DNA of 63,804 nt, filler included, from Octopus bimaculoides (GCF_001194135.2; 6 parts of 5 records of this genome joined end to end with filler, not necessarily neighbours in it), one strand, 5' to 3'. Shown: positions 1 to 13,597, numbered from the whole stretch's first letter. Numbers and translations are program-made. The notes: generated by a model not told the origin, from the letters alone.

Positions 1-1410
1 AGAGAAAAAAAATTTTGTAATTTTCTAAATTTAATGAAACTGCCCAAATCACAAGTTAATTATTTCACAATTAAAAATTTTGAAGTTAGTATTAAAATAT
101 TAAAAAAAAAAAAAAGTTCAAGACTATTTAAAGGTCTTTAATGGAAGAGACATTTTGTTAAACATTTGGTTGAAGTTTATTGAAGTTTTAAAGATATTTA
201 TTGTTTACTTTTGCTAAAGGGTGAACCCTTGGCAGAAATGTTAGAGGGTCAGACAAAACTGCCTTGCAACATTTGTTTTGGCTCTTAAACATTTTGAGTT
301 CAAATCCTGCTGAGGTTAGCTTCACCATTCATAGTTGTTAAAATAAAGTACCAGGTACCAGTTCAGTACAGGATGGGGAGTGGGTGGGGAAGTGAGGTTG
401 ATGTATCTGAATCTCAATGAGGCCAGTTTCATGTTACACCCTTTTGAGGGTTGATGAAATAAAGTACCTGGTACCAGTTAAGTACTGAGGGTTGCTATAA
501 CCAGCTAACACCCTCCCCTCAACTTTCAAGCCTTGTATTTCTAAATTTACGTTTGTTTGTTGAAATTGTATTTTGTCAAATTTAAAGCTGTTCAGATGAA
601 TATAGAGACGTGCATAGTTTATAATCTACCTAACGTTAATCCTAAATTCTAAAACTTATAGAAAATATTTTTCTACAATGTCAAAAATGTATTCTTCTCT
701 GTCCTTAACGATTTCTTTCTTATAGTTTTAACATCCTCTTTTGGATGTTTTTTTTTCAATGCATTTCATTGTTAAGTCTTGTTCATGAAAATGCTATCAG
801 TTTTTTTGAGGTTAAAATTGTTCTAAACTTTGTAATTGTTAGTTATTTTTTAAAAAATCTCTCCTCTTTTATTAACTTGAAAATAAAGTAAAAAAAGTTT
901 TAAAAAATCTGTTTTCAGAAATACATCTAAAACGATAATTTTTCAACAAATTGTACAATTGCATAGATCTAGACAAAAAAGATAAATTCTTTATTCCCCC
1001 CACCACCCAACACAAAATAGATATATTGTTTATTAATTAGTTAGAAGACAAATATATTAATAATATTTATATTACTCTGATAAAAAAAAAAGATAGAAAA
1101 AAGTTGTAACATTGCCTGTGTGACTTGAATACTGCGACTGCTGTTAAATGTATAACCGTGTTAAACCACTCACACCAAAGGAACAATAAATTCTGAATTA
1201 ATACTGAATTGTTTTATTGATTAAACAATATATGTTAATCGATCTCTAACTTGAACATAAAGTAAAGAATCTGCTTCTGAAGAAATCTAAAATAATTTTC
1301 AACACAGTATAAAGATCTAGAAAAAAGAAGATCCCCTTTTGTTTCCAATGCTAAAAACAGATATGCTGCTTATTAAATTGCTTAGATGACAATATTTTAA
1401 GATATATTAA

Positions 1411-1632
1411 CTCTTTGGCATTCAGATTACTGTCAAATATTATGCTTGTTTATTCACATAAGTTTGAATTAACTGTGTATTGTTTTGTAGCTTCAAGATT
1501 TTGAAGACGTGCTTGGGGTCTATATTTAGAAAAGCATTATAAGGTAGGTGTGAGAGGCTGGATCTGATCAGTTTAAACAGAAAAACAATTCGAATATTTG
1601 GGATGGATGTGGTTGGATTAAATGCTACATAG
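1411..1632. mobile_element. piggyBac-like MITE, reverse copy
   Basis: TTAA flanks; internal sequence is the reverse complement of the family at 2436-2925. Confidence 0.6.
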
Positions 1633-1989
1633 TTAATCTAATAGAAAAAAAAAAAGAAAAAAAAAAAAACCAAACAAAAAATCTAATGCTGTCTGTGTAA
1701 CTTGAACACTGCATCTCCTGCAGACTGTGCAGCTGTGATAATCCCTACACCAAGCAGCAATAAACTCTGTAGAAATAATGAATCGTTTTAAAATAATTGA
1801 TTTAATTAACAGTATATATTAATCTAATTAAGAAATTAAGATATTTAATCATAAAGACTATAAGCCATTGAACAATAACTGAAATTCACGGAAAAAAAAT
1901 ACAATTTTTTTTATTAAGTTTTCCTGACTTTTAATTAAATGTTCAATATTTTGATATTGTTCAAGAAAACATGAAACAAGGATGAGACA

Positions 1990-2320
1990 ATGGTTTAGAA
2001 TAAAACCATGTAAAAAGCATTGGTGTGGGTGCTGGTGCCATGTAAAAAGCACCGGTGATGGTGCCACAAAAAAACACTGGTGATAGAGCCATGTAAAAAG
2101 CACTGGCGCTGGTGCCACGTAAAAAGCACTGGTGACGGTGTGATGTAAAAAGCACCCAGTACACTCTGTAAAGTGACTGGCATTAGGAAGGGCATCCAGC
2201 TGTAAAAACCAAGCCAAAACAGACTATGGAACCTGGTGCAGCTCTTGGGCTTTCCGGTTCCTGTCAAGTCATCCAACCCATGCCAGCATGGAAAATGGAC
2301 ATTAAATATTAATGATGATG
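1990..2320 (+). mobile_element. LINE 3' UTR (probably RTE-type) with TAAAAAGCAC tandem units and (GAT)n tail
   Basis: Same tail at 2600-2690, 8170-8490 (+) and 3866-3975, 9060-9250, 9760-9815; the RTE assignment is inferred. Confidence 0.65.
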
Positions 2321-2435
2321 ATAAAAAAAAAAAGCTAGCTTTGTTTGTGATCAATTCCCTAAGAGACAAAGAAATATATCAAGTTGATATCAACTCATAT
2401 TTTACTATTTTAATTTCCAAAATTTGTCCTGTTAA

Positions 2436-2925
2436 CTCTTTAGCTCAAATATTCTACCTACTCCATTTCAAACAGACCAGATCCAGCCTCTCACACCTAT
2501 TCTACAACTTCTATTTAAAAAAATAACACAGAATTACACCATCAAAATTTCAAAGCTATGAGATAATGCAGGATTAATTCAAAACAACATACTATAGAAT
2601 CTGATGAAGCCTCTGGCCTTACCAGCTCCAGTCAAGCTGTCCAACCCATGCCAGCATGGAAAGTGGACGTTAAGTGATGATGATAAATGTGAATAAATAA
2701 GCCATGTTACATTTGACAGAATAATCTGAAGGCTAAAGGATTAACCCTTTAACATTTAATCCAGCTACATCCGGCCCAAATATTCAACCTGCTTTATGTT
2801 CAAACTGGCCAGATGTGGCTTCTCATACTGACCCTACAATATCATTCTAAGCATAAACAAGAACGCATCTTAAATCGGTATAAACAAGCGTTACGCTTTA
2901 CAGAATAAATGTGAATGCTAAAAGG
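2436..2925. mobile_element. Two tandem piggyBac-like MITEs
   Basis: TTAA at 2432, 2741 and 2926; termini C(C/T)CTTTA.C ... GCTAAA(G/A)G. Confidence 0.7.
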
Positions 2926-3336
2926 TTAAACCAAACTGATGGCTTTTGGAAAAANNNNNNNNNNNNNNNNNNNNNNNNNNNNNNNNNNNNNNNNNNNNNN
3001 NNNNNNNNNNNNNNNNNNNNNNNNNNNNNNNNNNNNNNNNNNNNNNNNNNNNNNNNNNNNNNNNNNNNNNNNNNNNNNNNNNNNNNNAAAAAAAAAAAAA
3101 AAAAAAAAAAACTACAGACATAATTTACAAAATATTCACTGACATATTTTTGTTCTTTTTTTGTTCTTTTTTTTTATAGCAATATTTTGGTTCTTTAAAT
3201 TAACCAAAATAGGAAAAAAGATAATTGTTTAAGAGAATGTGAAGAGAGAGAGAGAGAGAAAGTGAGAGTAGTGTTTGATTACTCTCCACTTGCAAGTAGG
3301 ATTAAAACCAAAAAAAGGATGATAAAAATAATTTTC

Positions 3337-3455
3337 CTATGTCAGAGACTTTCCTCCTGCTCCATAATTATTATTATCGTTATCTTTATTATCCTTGCCA
3401 TCTTTACTGTGATTATCTTTGTGTGAATAATTTTCCCCTTGGGCAGACCTGGATT
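3337..3455 (-). CDS. PPP1R11: PPP1R11 probable last coding exon (ESRSAQGENYSHKDNHSKDGKDNKDNDNNNYGAGGKSLT*)
   Basis: Acceptor TTCAATTCTAG| is phase-compatible with exon 3; hydrophilic D/N/K-rich tail ending TAG at 3339-3337. Total CDS 414 nt (137 aa plus stop). Confidence 0.6.
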
Positions 3456-3999
3456 CTAGAATTGAAGTCATGACAAAAAAAAATAAATAAATAAAAAATA
3501 AAAATAATTAGATTAAATTAACGAATTACAAACTTGAGATACAATTTCAAAGACGATTACATAAAAAGAATTTGTACGACGATAACGGAAAATTAAAAAT
3601 ATAATTGCATAAAATAGAAAACAAAACCAATAAAAAAAAAACATAAAAAAGAAACCTCTTAATTTTTTGTGTTTAATTCATGACCCCCCCCCCCCAAAAA
3701 AAAATTGGTAAGTGAATGACCATTTCTCAACTGAAGAAATTTGGAAATCCCTGAGGTATTAAGAGGGGAGGGGCATGCTTCCTAACTATATTGTTCCAGG
3801 TTCAGTCTCACTGTTTGGCATCTTGGGAATGGCCTTTGACAATATCCCCAAGCTGATCAAAGGTTTCATCATCATCATCATCGTTTAACGTCCTCTTTCC
3901 ATGCTAGCATGGGTTGGACGATTTGACTGAGGACTGGTGAAACCGGATGGCAACACCAGGCTCCAGTCTGATGTTTGTGAGTGGATTTTGTTTTGTTGG

Positions 4000-4360
4000 C
4001 ACTCTGTCACTTACGATGTTGAGGGTTCCAGTTGATCTGATCAACGGAACAGCCTGCTCATGAAATTAATGTGCATGTGGCTGAGCACTCCACAGACATG
4101 TGTACCCTTAACGTAGTTCTCGGGGATATTCAGTGTGACACTGTGTGACAAGGCTGACCCTTTGAATTACAGGCACAACAGAAACAGGAAGTAAGAGTGA
4201 GAGAAAGTTGTGGTGAAAGAGTACAGCAGGGTTCGCCACCATCCCCTGCTGGAGCCTCGTGGAGCTTTAGGTGTTTTCGCTCGATAAACACTCACAACGC
4301 CCAGTCTAGGAATTGAAACCGCGAGTCCGCTGCCCTAACCACTGGGCCATTGCGCCTCCA
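4000..4360 (-). mobile_element. tRNA-derived SINE family D
   Basis: Reverse head TGGAGGCGCAATGGCCCAGTGGTTAGGGC; the body matches 29610-29920 (+). Confidence 0.8.
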
Positions 4361-4400
4361 CTTGTGAGTGGATTATATAGGCAGAAACTGAAAGAAGCTG

Positions 4401-4433
<33 letters not shown>

Positions 4434-5378
4434 CTTGTTTTGACATTGTAGGCTAGTTGTAAATGATTGTCACAGTCATACAAGCTGTGTCGTTCATTTC
4501 CAATGCTCTGCAAAAACATGTCTGGCATGCTGTTTACAAACTGGATAGAGTAAAATGTCTGATCAGGGATTCTACTTTCCAATTTCTTCTGATCACTTAG
4601 AACAGGGGTTTCCAAATGGTGTGACAGAAGAGGATACCAGGTGAGGCAGAATGATTCAAAGACAATCAAAGATTTAGAAACAGTTTCAAAAATATTCATA
4701 CGCCAAAAATAAATATGATTTCAAAATTTAAAATATCATTGTGGATTACTTGTAATTGCATGCAGGAGTCCCAATATAAATAATTATAAATAATTATTGA
4801 CTGATTTTATCATTCTGATATTTTTGCATTATATCAGGTATCAACCCATAAAGTGTTGGAATTTGCACTTTCATAGCATGGACTGCTGAGCACATTTTAT
4901 GAAAATGAGACTACCGTGCACCCATAAAAAAACCAAAAATAGTTAAAATAGCTTCTTAGTATACAATGGTGGCAAGTCTTACATCATTTGAAAAGTCATT
5001 AGTTGAGCTATTAATTCTCTTGCATTCTGGGGGTATTGGAGCGTTTGTGTGTCATTAGACCCCAACAAACGCCCATAAATTAATTGCATCTATCAGGGCC
5101 AAGATTGCAGCCTGTCGACTACGATCTTGACCCGTTGCGCTTTATGTGTTAAAAATATATATATATATAGTAACTTGGGTCTGCAAATTGGAGGAGAGAG
5201 TTATCAATGATAATATTCTGACTTCGAACCTGCGGTTATCTCCCTTTAACCTCTCTCTGGACCCGTGGTGAGGTGCAAGCAAATTTTCATTCTGAAAATG
5301 CAGTCCAGAGAAAAAAATTGGGAACCACTGACTTAGAATAATGAAACTTTTATTAAAAAAAAACAAAAACATAGCTAC

Positions 5379-5513
5379 CTTCTAATTCAGTTCCAGTGGG
5401 ATCTTTTGTTCTGTAGCATTGACTCTTGTGGCCATGACAACTGTTGCATTCCTCATTGTCTTCTTCAGATGAAGATTCTCCAAAGCTACGAGGCTTTTCA
5501 TATATACAACAGC
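5379..5513 (-). CDS. PPP1R11: PPP1R11 coding exon 3 (CCCIYEKPRSFGESSSEEDNEECNSCHGHKSQCYRTKDPTGTELE)
   Basis: Acceptor TTGTTAG|GC completes the phase-1 Cys codon; CCCIYEKPRxFGESS is the diagnostic inhibitor-3 motif. The donor G|GTAGCT is weak, so the 3' boundary is less certain. Confidence 0.92.
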
Positions 5514-8500
5514 CTAACAATAAATTGGAAAATGAAAATTGTTATTAGAAATTTTTAAAGAAATACTTTCTGAAAGTCAGATTTCATTCAGGTAAAATGT
5601 CTGTATTTCTGGAAGGAATGTATTCATGTCATATCTGGTACAACCCCTCGTATATCATTCATACTGGCAATATAAGAGGGGTTGTACCAGTTAATGGAAT
5701 TTGAATTTAGAATCAATGAATTAAACGATGGCATAGAACAACTGTTGGAGGCGCATGGCTGAGTGGTAAGGCCATTGCACTCATGATTGCAAAGATTAAG
5801 GTTTTGATTCCCAGACCGGGTGGTACATTGCGTTCTTAAGAAAAAAAAAAAATTGGTTTCATGTTGCTCCCATCTCCTCATCAGTAAAAGAGCAACCCCG
5901 CGAGGGACTGTTCAGAGTGAATGTTGGCATCTCGGTCATGGAAACCTGGCAGGCAGCCCTATGAGTCCTAGGGCTTGGGCCTGTAATGCCCAGGGACTGT
6001 TGATGATGATGATAAAGTAATTGTCACATATGACCTTGTACAACTAAACTATGTTCACTGGTGATTGGTTAGGAATCTTGCAATTAAAAATAGTTCATGA
6101 AGTGATGTGATCTTCTTCTAGACTGGAAGACAGTGTTTAAGTACCTACAGACAAGCCCATTTATGGAGTTGAGGTTAACGGAAAAAAAAAGACCCCAAAA
6201 AACACAAGAGCTGTATCACTGCAATATTTCTATGGAAACAAACAAAATAATACCTCTAAAAGTTCACATGCACTGTAATCTCATTCCTTCTAAAAGCTGG
6301 ACACTAATCACTAAAAAAAAAAGTAACCATTACTCAGAAAGTACAGGCATTGTACTTGAAGGTCAACTTTTCTTTTCCCTTTTATGGTAGCAGTAGGGAA
6401 GTCATGTGGTGTAGTGGTTAGAGCATTTGGTTTATGAATCATGAGGTCATGGGATCAATTCCAGAACAAAGCAGCACATTGGGTCCTAGAGCAAGACATT
6501 TTGCTTTCTGCTGCCTCAGTCCACTCAGCTGTAAAGAAGCAAACAACTGGGTGTTGCTACAGCCCTGCCCCATCCCCACTTTTCTGCAGGGGAAAGGTGA
6601 GAGCCAAGGGGAAGGGGAGTCAATGCCTGTTTGTGAGCACGCAGGCTACCTAAAACGATCAGCAAAAGCAGAGTACATGCTACCAACATATACGGGTGGG
6701 GGTGACACCTGGTTGTACCTTATGGAGGTGATGGGGTGTCCAAGGCAGTTTTGACCAAATCTAAGGCTATTGGTTGACCAGACTTGTAAGTCTTTTTTTT
6801 TTTTGCCACAAGACCGCTGTTGTCCAAGGAATAAAGTATGGTAAATACGGAGTGGCACCATCGTTGTTGCAGATGTTGGTGCCAGAATGCAAATAGCTTT
6901 GTCTTTTATCTTTCACTTGCTTCAAACACTGAACTGCGGCCATGCTGGGGCACCACCCCTTGAAGGGTTTTAAGGTGAAATAAGTCAACTGCAGAACTTA
7001 TTTATCTAAACCTGGTATTTATTCCATTTCCACCCTTATGCCAACACGGCTGATGTACAGGGATGTAAACAAACCAGCATTGGTAGGCTAGTTTAAGTGG
7101 TATGCGGTGCACAGACACACAGACTCACACACACAAACACAAATATGTGTGTGTGTGTGTGACTGTATATAATAATAATAAAAATAAAAATAATAAAAAT
7201 AACAACAACAATCCATGGATTGTTGTTATTTTAATGCATCACAAGGTGCATTAAATATATATAAATCCCATCCATGGATTATCATTATTATTATTATACT
7301 ACTACTACTGCTGCTGCTGCTACTACTACTACTACTACTACTACTACAATTATCCTACATTATATCGGCCCAGCTCAGTGTGACCCCAAAAGACTGGTAT
7401 CACCAGTTGGCATCATTAAGTTGTAGTCAGCATAATAGAATAAGGGCTTTTATATGCATATTCAGAACATCCCCTGTAAATGAACTTAAAGGATGTGTAA
7501 ATAATTAAAGGATAAAAATCATCTAAAATAATTAATTTTATCAGTGGCCAATATATAAAATAAAAACCTTTTAGATAAAATTCATATATAGAGATATATA
7601 ATTATATAGAATACAATTATAACATATATATATATAGATATAATAATATTAGGGACAAAATCCAAAATTACAGGTAAAAACTCAATTAAAATCAATTTAC
7701 AAAAAATTAAAATTAAATTGAGCTTTATAGATAAAATATATATAAAATGTATAGTTTTAGGGAAAATAACCAAGTTTCATGAACTCATCGATGAAAATCC
7801 ACTATCACATATAGAAAAATGAACAATTAAAAGCACAATAAATGAGTATAATATAAAGCAAAACTTATATATATATATATATATATATATATACTTATAT
7901 GTGTGCGTGTGTGTGTGTGCGTGTGCGTGTGCGTGTGTGTGGTGAAGTATGACCTTCGAGCGTTGGTCCTCACAGATGTGATGACAAGTGACTGATGCAT
8001 TTGGAGATATGTTGTGCTTAAGAAGATCTGGCAAGCCAATTGAAACCGTAACTGTGGCGTATGTCAGTGCAACATACCTGACCCTTTTAAGAGTACCCTT
8101 CAATCATTGGGCAATAAACTGTGCTTGCGAAGACCTGTTGAGTCAAGTGAAGTAATTGTAGTGGCTGATGACAGTACTGTGCTGGTGGCACATAAAAAGC
8201 ACTATTTGAGCGTGGTCGATGCTAGCACTGCCTGACTGGTCCCATGCTGGTGGCATGTAAAAAGCACCATTAAAGCCTGGTCAATGCCAGTACCGCCTGA
8301 CTGGTCCTCATGCTAGTAGCACGTAAAAAGCACCCACTACACTCTTGGAGTGGTTGGCATTAGGAAGGGTATCCAGCTGTAGAAACTTTGCCAGATCAGA
8401 TTGGAGCTTTCTGGCTTGCCAACCCTCAGTCAAACTGTCCAACCCATGCCAGCATGGAAAGTGGACATCAAACTACAATGATGATGATATACACACACAT

Positions 8501-8516
8501 ACATATGTATATATAT

Positions 8517-8549
<33 letters not shown>

Positions 8550-8830
8550 ATGGGTTTCTTTCTACCAAATTCACTCAAATGAGCAAAAGAAGTTAGGTTT
8601 TTAACTTCTTATTTAATCCTTTTGAAAATAATGAAGAATTTAGTGAAATAATTTTTGTCATTAAAAGCCTGGTGTTCTGAAAACAAATTAACATGAAATA
8701 TCGATGGAAGGTTTCAATTTAGATAATTTAAAAGCAGAAAGTTCTCATCATAAGATAAGAACCAGAAGTTGTTTTGATTACATCGGCATCAAAAGGTTTA
8801 ATTAGTTTTTCTAGAGAAGGTCTCACTTAC

Positions 8831-8939
8831 ATTTCGATTTTTTTCGGTTCAGGCCCTCATTGTCAACAGTATCATTTGTCCATTTTACTTTCTTGCTATT
8901 CTTTACCTTTTTTAACCTTAAATGTAACGTCGGACTTCT
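8831..8939 (-). CDS. PPP1R11: PPP1R11 coding exon 2 (RSPTLHLRLKKVKNSKKVKWTNDTVDNEGLNRKKSK)
   Basis: Acceptor TTTTTCTTTCAG|, donor T|GTAAGT. Encodes the KKVKW RVxF/W PP1-docking motif and the DTVDNE..KKSK signature of inhibitor-3. Confidence 0.95.
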
Positions 8940-10249
8940 CTGAAAGAAAAACAAAAACAAAAAATTACCATCAAATATTGAAATGGTTCGTTATACATAT
9001 TGCATAGTTTCTAATTATTGTGATACTCTTGAGGATTTGGTAAACATTGCTTTTAAGTTAATTTCAGCATCATCAACATTTAATGCCTGCTTTTCATGCT
9101 GGTATGGGTTGGACAGTTTGAAAGGGTTCCAGCAAGCACCAGGGCTACACCGAGCTTCAGCGTCAGCTTCGGCACCGCTTCTTCAGACGGATGCTCTTCC
9201 AAACTTAATGCCACCCACTTCATACAATATACTGGGTGCTTTTTTCATGCCATGGTACTCGCCAAGTAAGGTTGCCAAGAAACTTACAAGAGAGAAAAAA
9301 AAAAAAAAAAAAAAAAAAAAAAACAACAAAAAACAAAAACAAAAACAAAAAACCCCGAAACAGCTGTGAGGCACAAATTACGAACTAAATGTGAAATTTA
9401 TGCTTTTCTGCTTTTTATCTTCAATATTATCCTCATTAAATGTTGGATGGTTTGAGAGGAGCTGGCAAGCCAGAGAACTGCACCAAATTCCATTGTCTGT
9501 CGTGGTTTTTACAGCTGGATATGTTAATGTAAAAGATTGCTTCTGCCGATTCTATTTATAAATGAAAGTTGGTTTCACCTGGATTTGTTGTTGAAAGGGG
9601 TCTTAGTTTTGCAGGTGTTGTATTGCAACCTCGTTAGTGCTAGTGCCACAAAAAATGCACTTAGGGTCATCTGTAAGGTGGTTAGCATAATAAATGGCAT
9701 TGCAACATAGAAATCAGGCCAAAACAGATACTGGACCACGGGACAGTCTTTGAAGCTGTCAGATCCTGTCCAACCCATGCCAGCATGGATGATAGATGTT
9801 AAATGATGATGATGGTAATAAGGATGTAAGAACATATTGGAATTTAATAACGTGTCATTAATTGAGCTCTTAATAACTGTGGATATATTTTTACATGTTT
9901 ATAAATCATCGCTTTTTACATGGATGTGTGTGTGTGTGTGTGTTTGTATGTGTATGTATAAATATATATGTATATACACACACACTTGAATTTACTGCAA
10001 TGCAATAACATGTTGAAGTTTAAATGAGCTCTTAATTATTGTGGATATATATATTTTATGTTTAGGCATTAATTCTCTCTGTATGCTTAAAACACCAGTT
10101 GGCAACAAAACAATAAAATTGGAGTCATAATGCCAATTATTTTTGGCAAGGTAAAGAAGTAAATAGCTTCAAGAATTAAACAACATTCAGATATGTGAAG
10201 CTCCACCCTTGCCACACCCACTGGACTTGTTGAAAATATAAACAAATTA

Positions 10250-10940
10250 TAGGCACAGGTGTGGCCGAGAAGTTTGCTTCCCTACAACAGGGTTTTCGGT
10301 TCAGTCCCATTGTGTGATGCCTGGAGCAAGTGTTTACTCCCTGGTCAACCAAAGCCTTGTGAGTGGATTTGCGAGATAGAAACTGAAAGAAGCCTGACTA
10401 CACACACACACACACACACATAAAACAAAACAGGAAACTGGAAATTTTTATTCTTTTACTTGTTTCAGTCATTAGGCTGTGGCCATGCTGGGGCATCGCC
10501 CTGAAGAACTTTTTGTAAAATGTATTGACCCTAGTACTTTCTTTTTATAAGCCTGGTACTTTTCTATCGATCTCTATTGCCGAACCTATAAGTTACGGGG
10601 ACATAAACACACCAGCACTGGTTGTCAAGCGGTGTTGGTGGGGCAAATGCAGAGACTTGCCCAAGGTGCCATGCAGTGGTACTGAACCTGGGATCATGAT
10701 GTGGTTGAGAAGCAAGCTTCTTACATATATATGTGTGTGAGTTTGTGTGCGTGTGCTCCCATCAGGGCCTGACAGTTGGTGTTAGTGTGTTTACGTCCCT
10801 GTAACATAGTAGATCGGCAAACGATATCGATATTATAAGTACTAGATTTTTTACAAAAAAAAAAGAGCTCCGAAGTTGATTTGTTTCACTAAAATCCCGT
10901 CAAGGCGACGCTCCAGCATGGCCGCAGTCAAATGACAGAA
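10250..10940. mobile_element. Nested and partial SINE family A copies in both orientations
   Basis: Head at about 10251 (+), reverse tail 10455-10700, forward tail to about 10940. Confidence 0.7.
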
Positions 10941-11359
10941 GCAGATAAAAGATAGAAAATACAAACAGACACCTAGAAACAAGCTCTGTGGTTAACATGA
11001 AAAACAACGAGGTACTTTGATAGGAGATAACTGACTCAAGGGGAACAACTTTGATGGTTTAACTGGAAGCTCCTAGTTTAGAAAAACATTTATATTCAAT
11101 ATTGAAGAACATTGCTATTAATTTGTTATATATATAATTAATAAACTCAGCGGAAGTCACAAATGTGACCCAGGGGTAACTAAATTAGCATAGAATAATG
11201 GTTTCATATTTTTTTATAATTAAGATCTAAACTGTTAATATATGAATGCAGAAGGGATAGTCGAATAACTGTAAACCTACTTTTGGGCCACCCTATATAT
11301 ATTGTTATATTTCGGGACGGTCATTGCTTTTTTTTTTTTTTTTGCCAAATAAACACACG

Positions 11360-11393
<34 letters not shown>

Positions 11394-11647
11394 CTTCACT
11401 CGTTTATTACTGTTCTTATTTTGTTATTTTAACCCATGTCCATCGTCTGGAATACAACAATACCAGTTTCAACACGATTTCACATCAGGTACCTTGCAAA
11501 ACGAATTGATAAACACACACACACTATATATATATATAAGTCTTTAACGTTTCGAGCCTACGCTCATCCACAGAAAGAAACAAGGAGAGAAAAAAAAAGA
11601 AGAAAAAAAAAGAATGTGTAGTGGATTGCGATCTATCTATCTATCTA

Positions 11648-11683
<36 letters not shown>

Positions 11684-11826
11684 TACGTTTAAGATGATTT
11701 CCATGCTGAGAAGGTTACAATCTTAATATCAAAGATCCCTATGGATCACACAGGTTGTAATCCTTTGAAACATATGTAGGAATAAAGTATGCAATTATAA
11801 CATGCGTTTTCTCCAATCCTTAAATT

Positions 11827-11865
<39 letters not shown>

Positions 11866-12489
11866 GAACGAGTGGACAAACGATAGTCTAGTGATGTGAG
11901 ATTCAAATTCAAAATGGCTGACGACTGGCATCACGCTTGAAACTTAATAGTACCAACGAATTTGAATCAAACTGTTTTGATCTATCTATCTATCTATATA
12001 GGCTCAGGAATGTCTGTGTGGGAAGAAGCTTGCATCTCAATCACATGGTACCTTGGGCACGTATCTTCTGCTATAGCCTTGAGAGTGGATTTGGTAGACA
12101 GAAACTGAAAAAAAATCTGTTGTATATATGTATGTGACAAGTGAGTCTTGAGATAGGAATTTTAGAATCCAGTATCCACTTTTTGAAGCACTGTCATTGG
12201 AAATGCCAAATTCCAAGAATACTAAGGTAAAGGTAAAGTTACTTCCTCAAATCATGCTGACTCATAAGAGCCGACCTCCTGGTTTTGTTGCATATATGTT
12301 CTCCACCTGGATGTCCATCATAAGATTACTCATTTTTGCCAGCTGAGTGGACTGGAGCAACATGAACTGAATTGTTTTGCTCAAGAACACAACGCGTCAC
12401 TCGGTCCAAGAATTGAAACCACAATCTTATGATCATGAGTCCAACACCCTAACCACTAAGACACGTGCCTCCAGTCCCTGCTCTCAATG

Positions 12490-13150
12490 AAAATATTCCA
12501 AGTGGAGTTTTGTGAATGATACTGGACAAGATATATAGAAGGTGCACACTCTTCATCAAAGATCACTTGGAGTGATGAGGCTACATTTAAATTAATTGGC
12601 TCAATTAACCACTGCAACTGCAATTACTGGGGACCTGAAAATCTGTATATTATGGAAGAACATCATATTAATTTACCAGGAGTTAGAGTATGGCATGGCT
12701 TATCACCAAACGGATCAACTGGATCATTCTTTTTTGACTGTATTGTGACTGGTTCCATTTACCTCAAATTGCTGTGAGGATTTATCGTACAAACCATTCA
12801 AGAGGACTTTGAAGATGTGAAGTTTTATTTCCAGCAACATGGGGCATCCCCACACTATCAATATCATCAACTACCATGAAGATATTTTGGCAAAGAGACA
12901 ATGTACATTAGCTCACTTCCTCCATCAAATAGATGATGAGGTTCACTGAATCTCACACCATTAGACTTTGTTTTGTAGGGGTACTTAAAAGATGAAGTTT
13001 ATGGTATGAAACTGGTAACCACTGACGGGTAGAAGGTATATAAACCACAAATGGAACGGTCCTTGATGTTTTTAATTCCAATGCTTTGTGTTATCAGCAC
13101 TGCATGGACCAGAATGGTAATCAGTTTGAAAATAGGTGTTCATAAAAAAA
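12490..13150 (+). pseudogene. Decayed Tc1/mariner-superfamily transposase (DD41D/rosa-like motifs)
   Basis: WSDEATF, GVRVW, FQQHGASPHY, LTPLDFVL*GYLKDEVY with stops and indels. Confidence 0.75.
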
Positions 13151-13429
13151 AAAAAATTTCAGTGTATGACTACAGCACAAAACTGCAGTGTGTGGCAAAT
13201 GATAGTATTTGTGTGCGAAGCCCCTAACTCTCAGCCATGAGGGAGGACATATTCATTCATTCATAGTGGTATTATATTCTGGTTTTGGTTTAATGGGGGT
13301 CAAAGAAAACAGTGGCAATTCAATTGTACCAATGTATAGGTCGGCATTTATAGGTGGGTGATGGACTTCATTATTACAGACAACAAATGAGAATTCTGCA
13401 ATTTATCACTGAATAACTTGTACAGAGAT

Positions 13430-13597
13430 GGTCAGATCCAGCCAGATCCAGCCTCTCATACCTACCCTACAATGTCATTCTAAAAGTATACAATCACATA
13501 ATCAAAATTTCAAAGCTATGAGATAATGCATGATTGATTAAAAACAATGTTCACAAATAAGCATTCTATTTGGTAGAGAAATCTGAATGCTAAAGGG
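13430..13597. mobile_element. piggyBac-like MITE, partial
   Basis: Shares CCAGATCCAGCCTCTCA and TTTCAAAGCTATGAGATAATGCA with the 2436 copy; ends AATGCTAAAGGG|TTAA. Confidence 0.65.

Noticed and set aside
1990-2160. CRISPR-like array of TAAAAAGCAC units
   Set aside because: Short units with related spacers inside a dispersed eukaryotic LINE 3' UTR; no cas genes.
4300-4360. SINE heads as tRNA genes (also 5745, 6400, 12470, 17377)
   Set aside because: They have A/B boxes but no complete cloverleaf, and run into SINE bodies.
8345-8596. ORF MEWLALGRVSSCRN and similar short ORFs (2236, 17348, 22607, 28348, 59808)
   Set aside because: Chance frames through LINE tails and SINEs.
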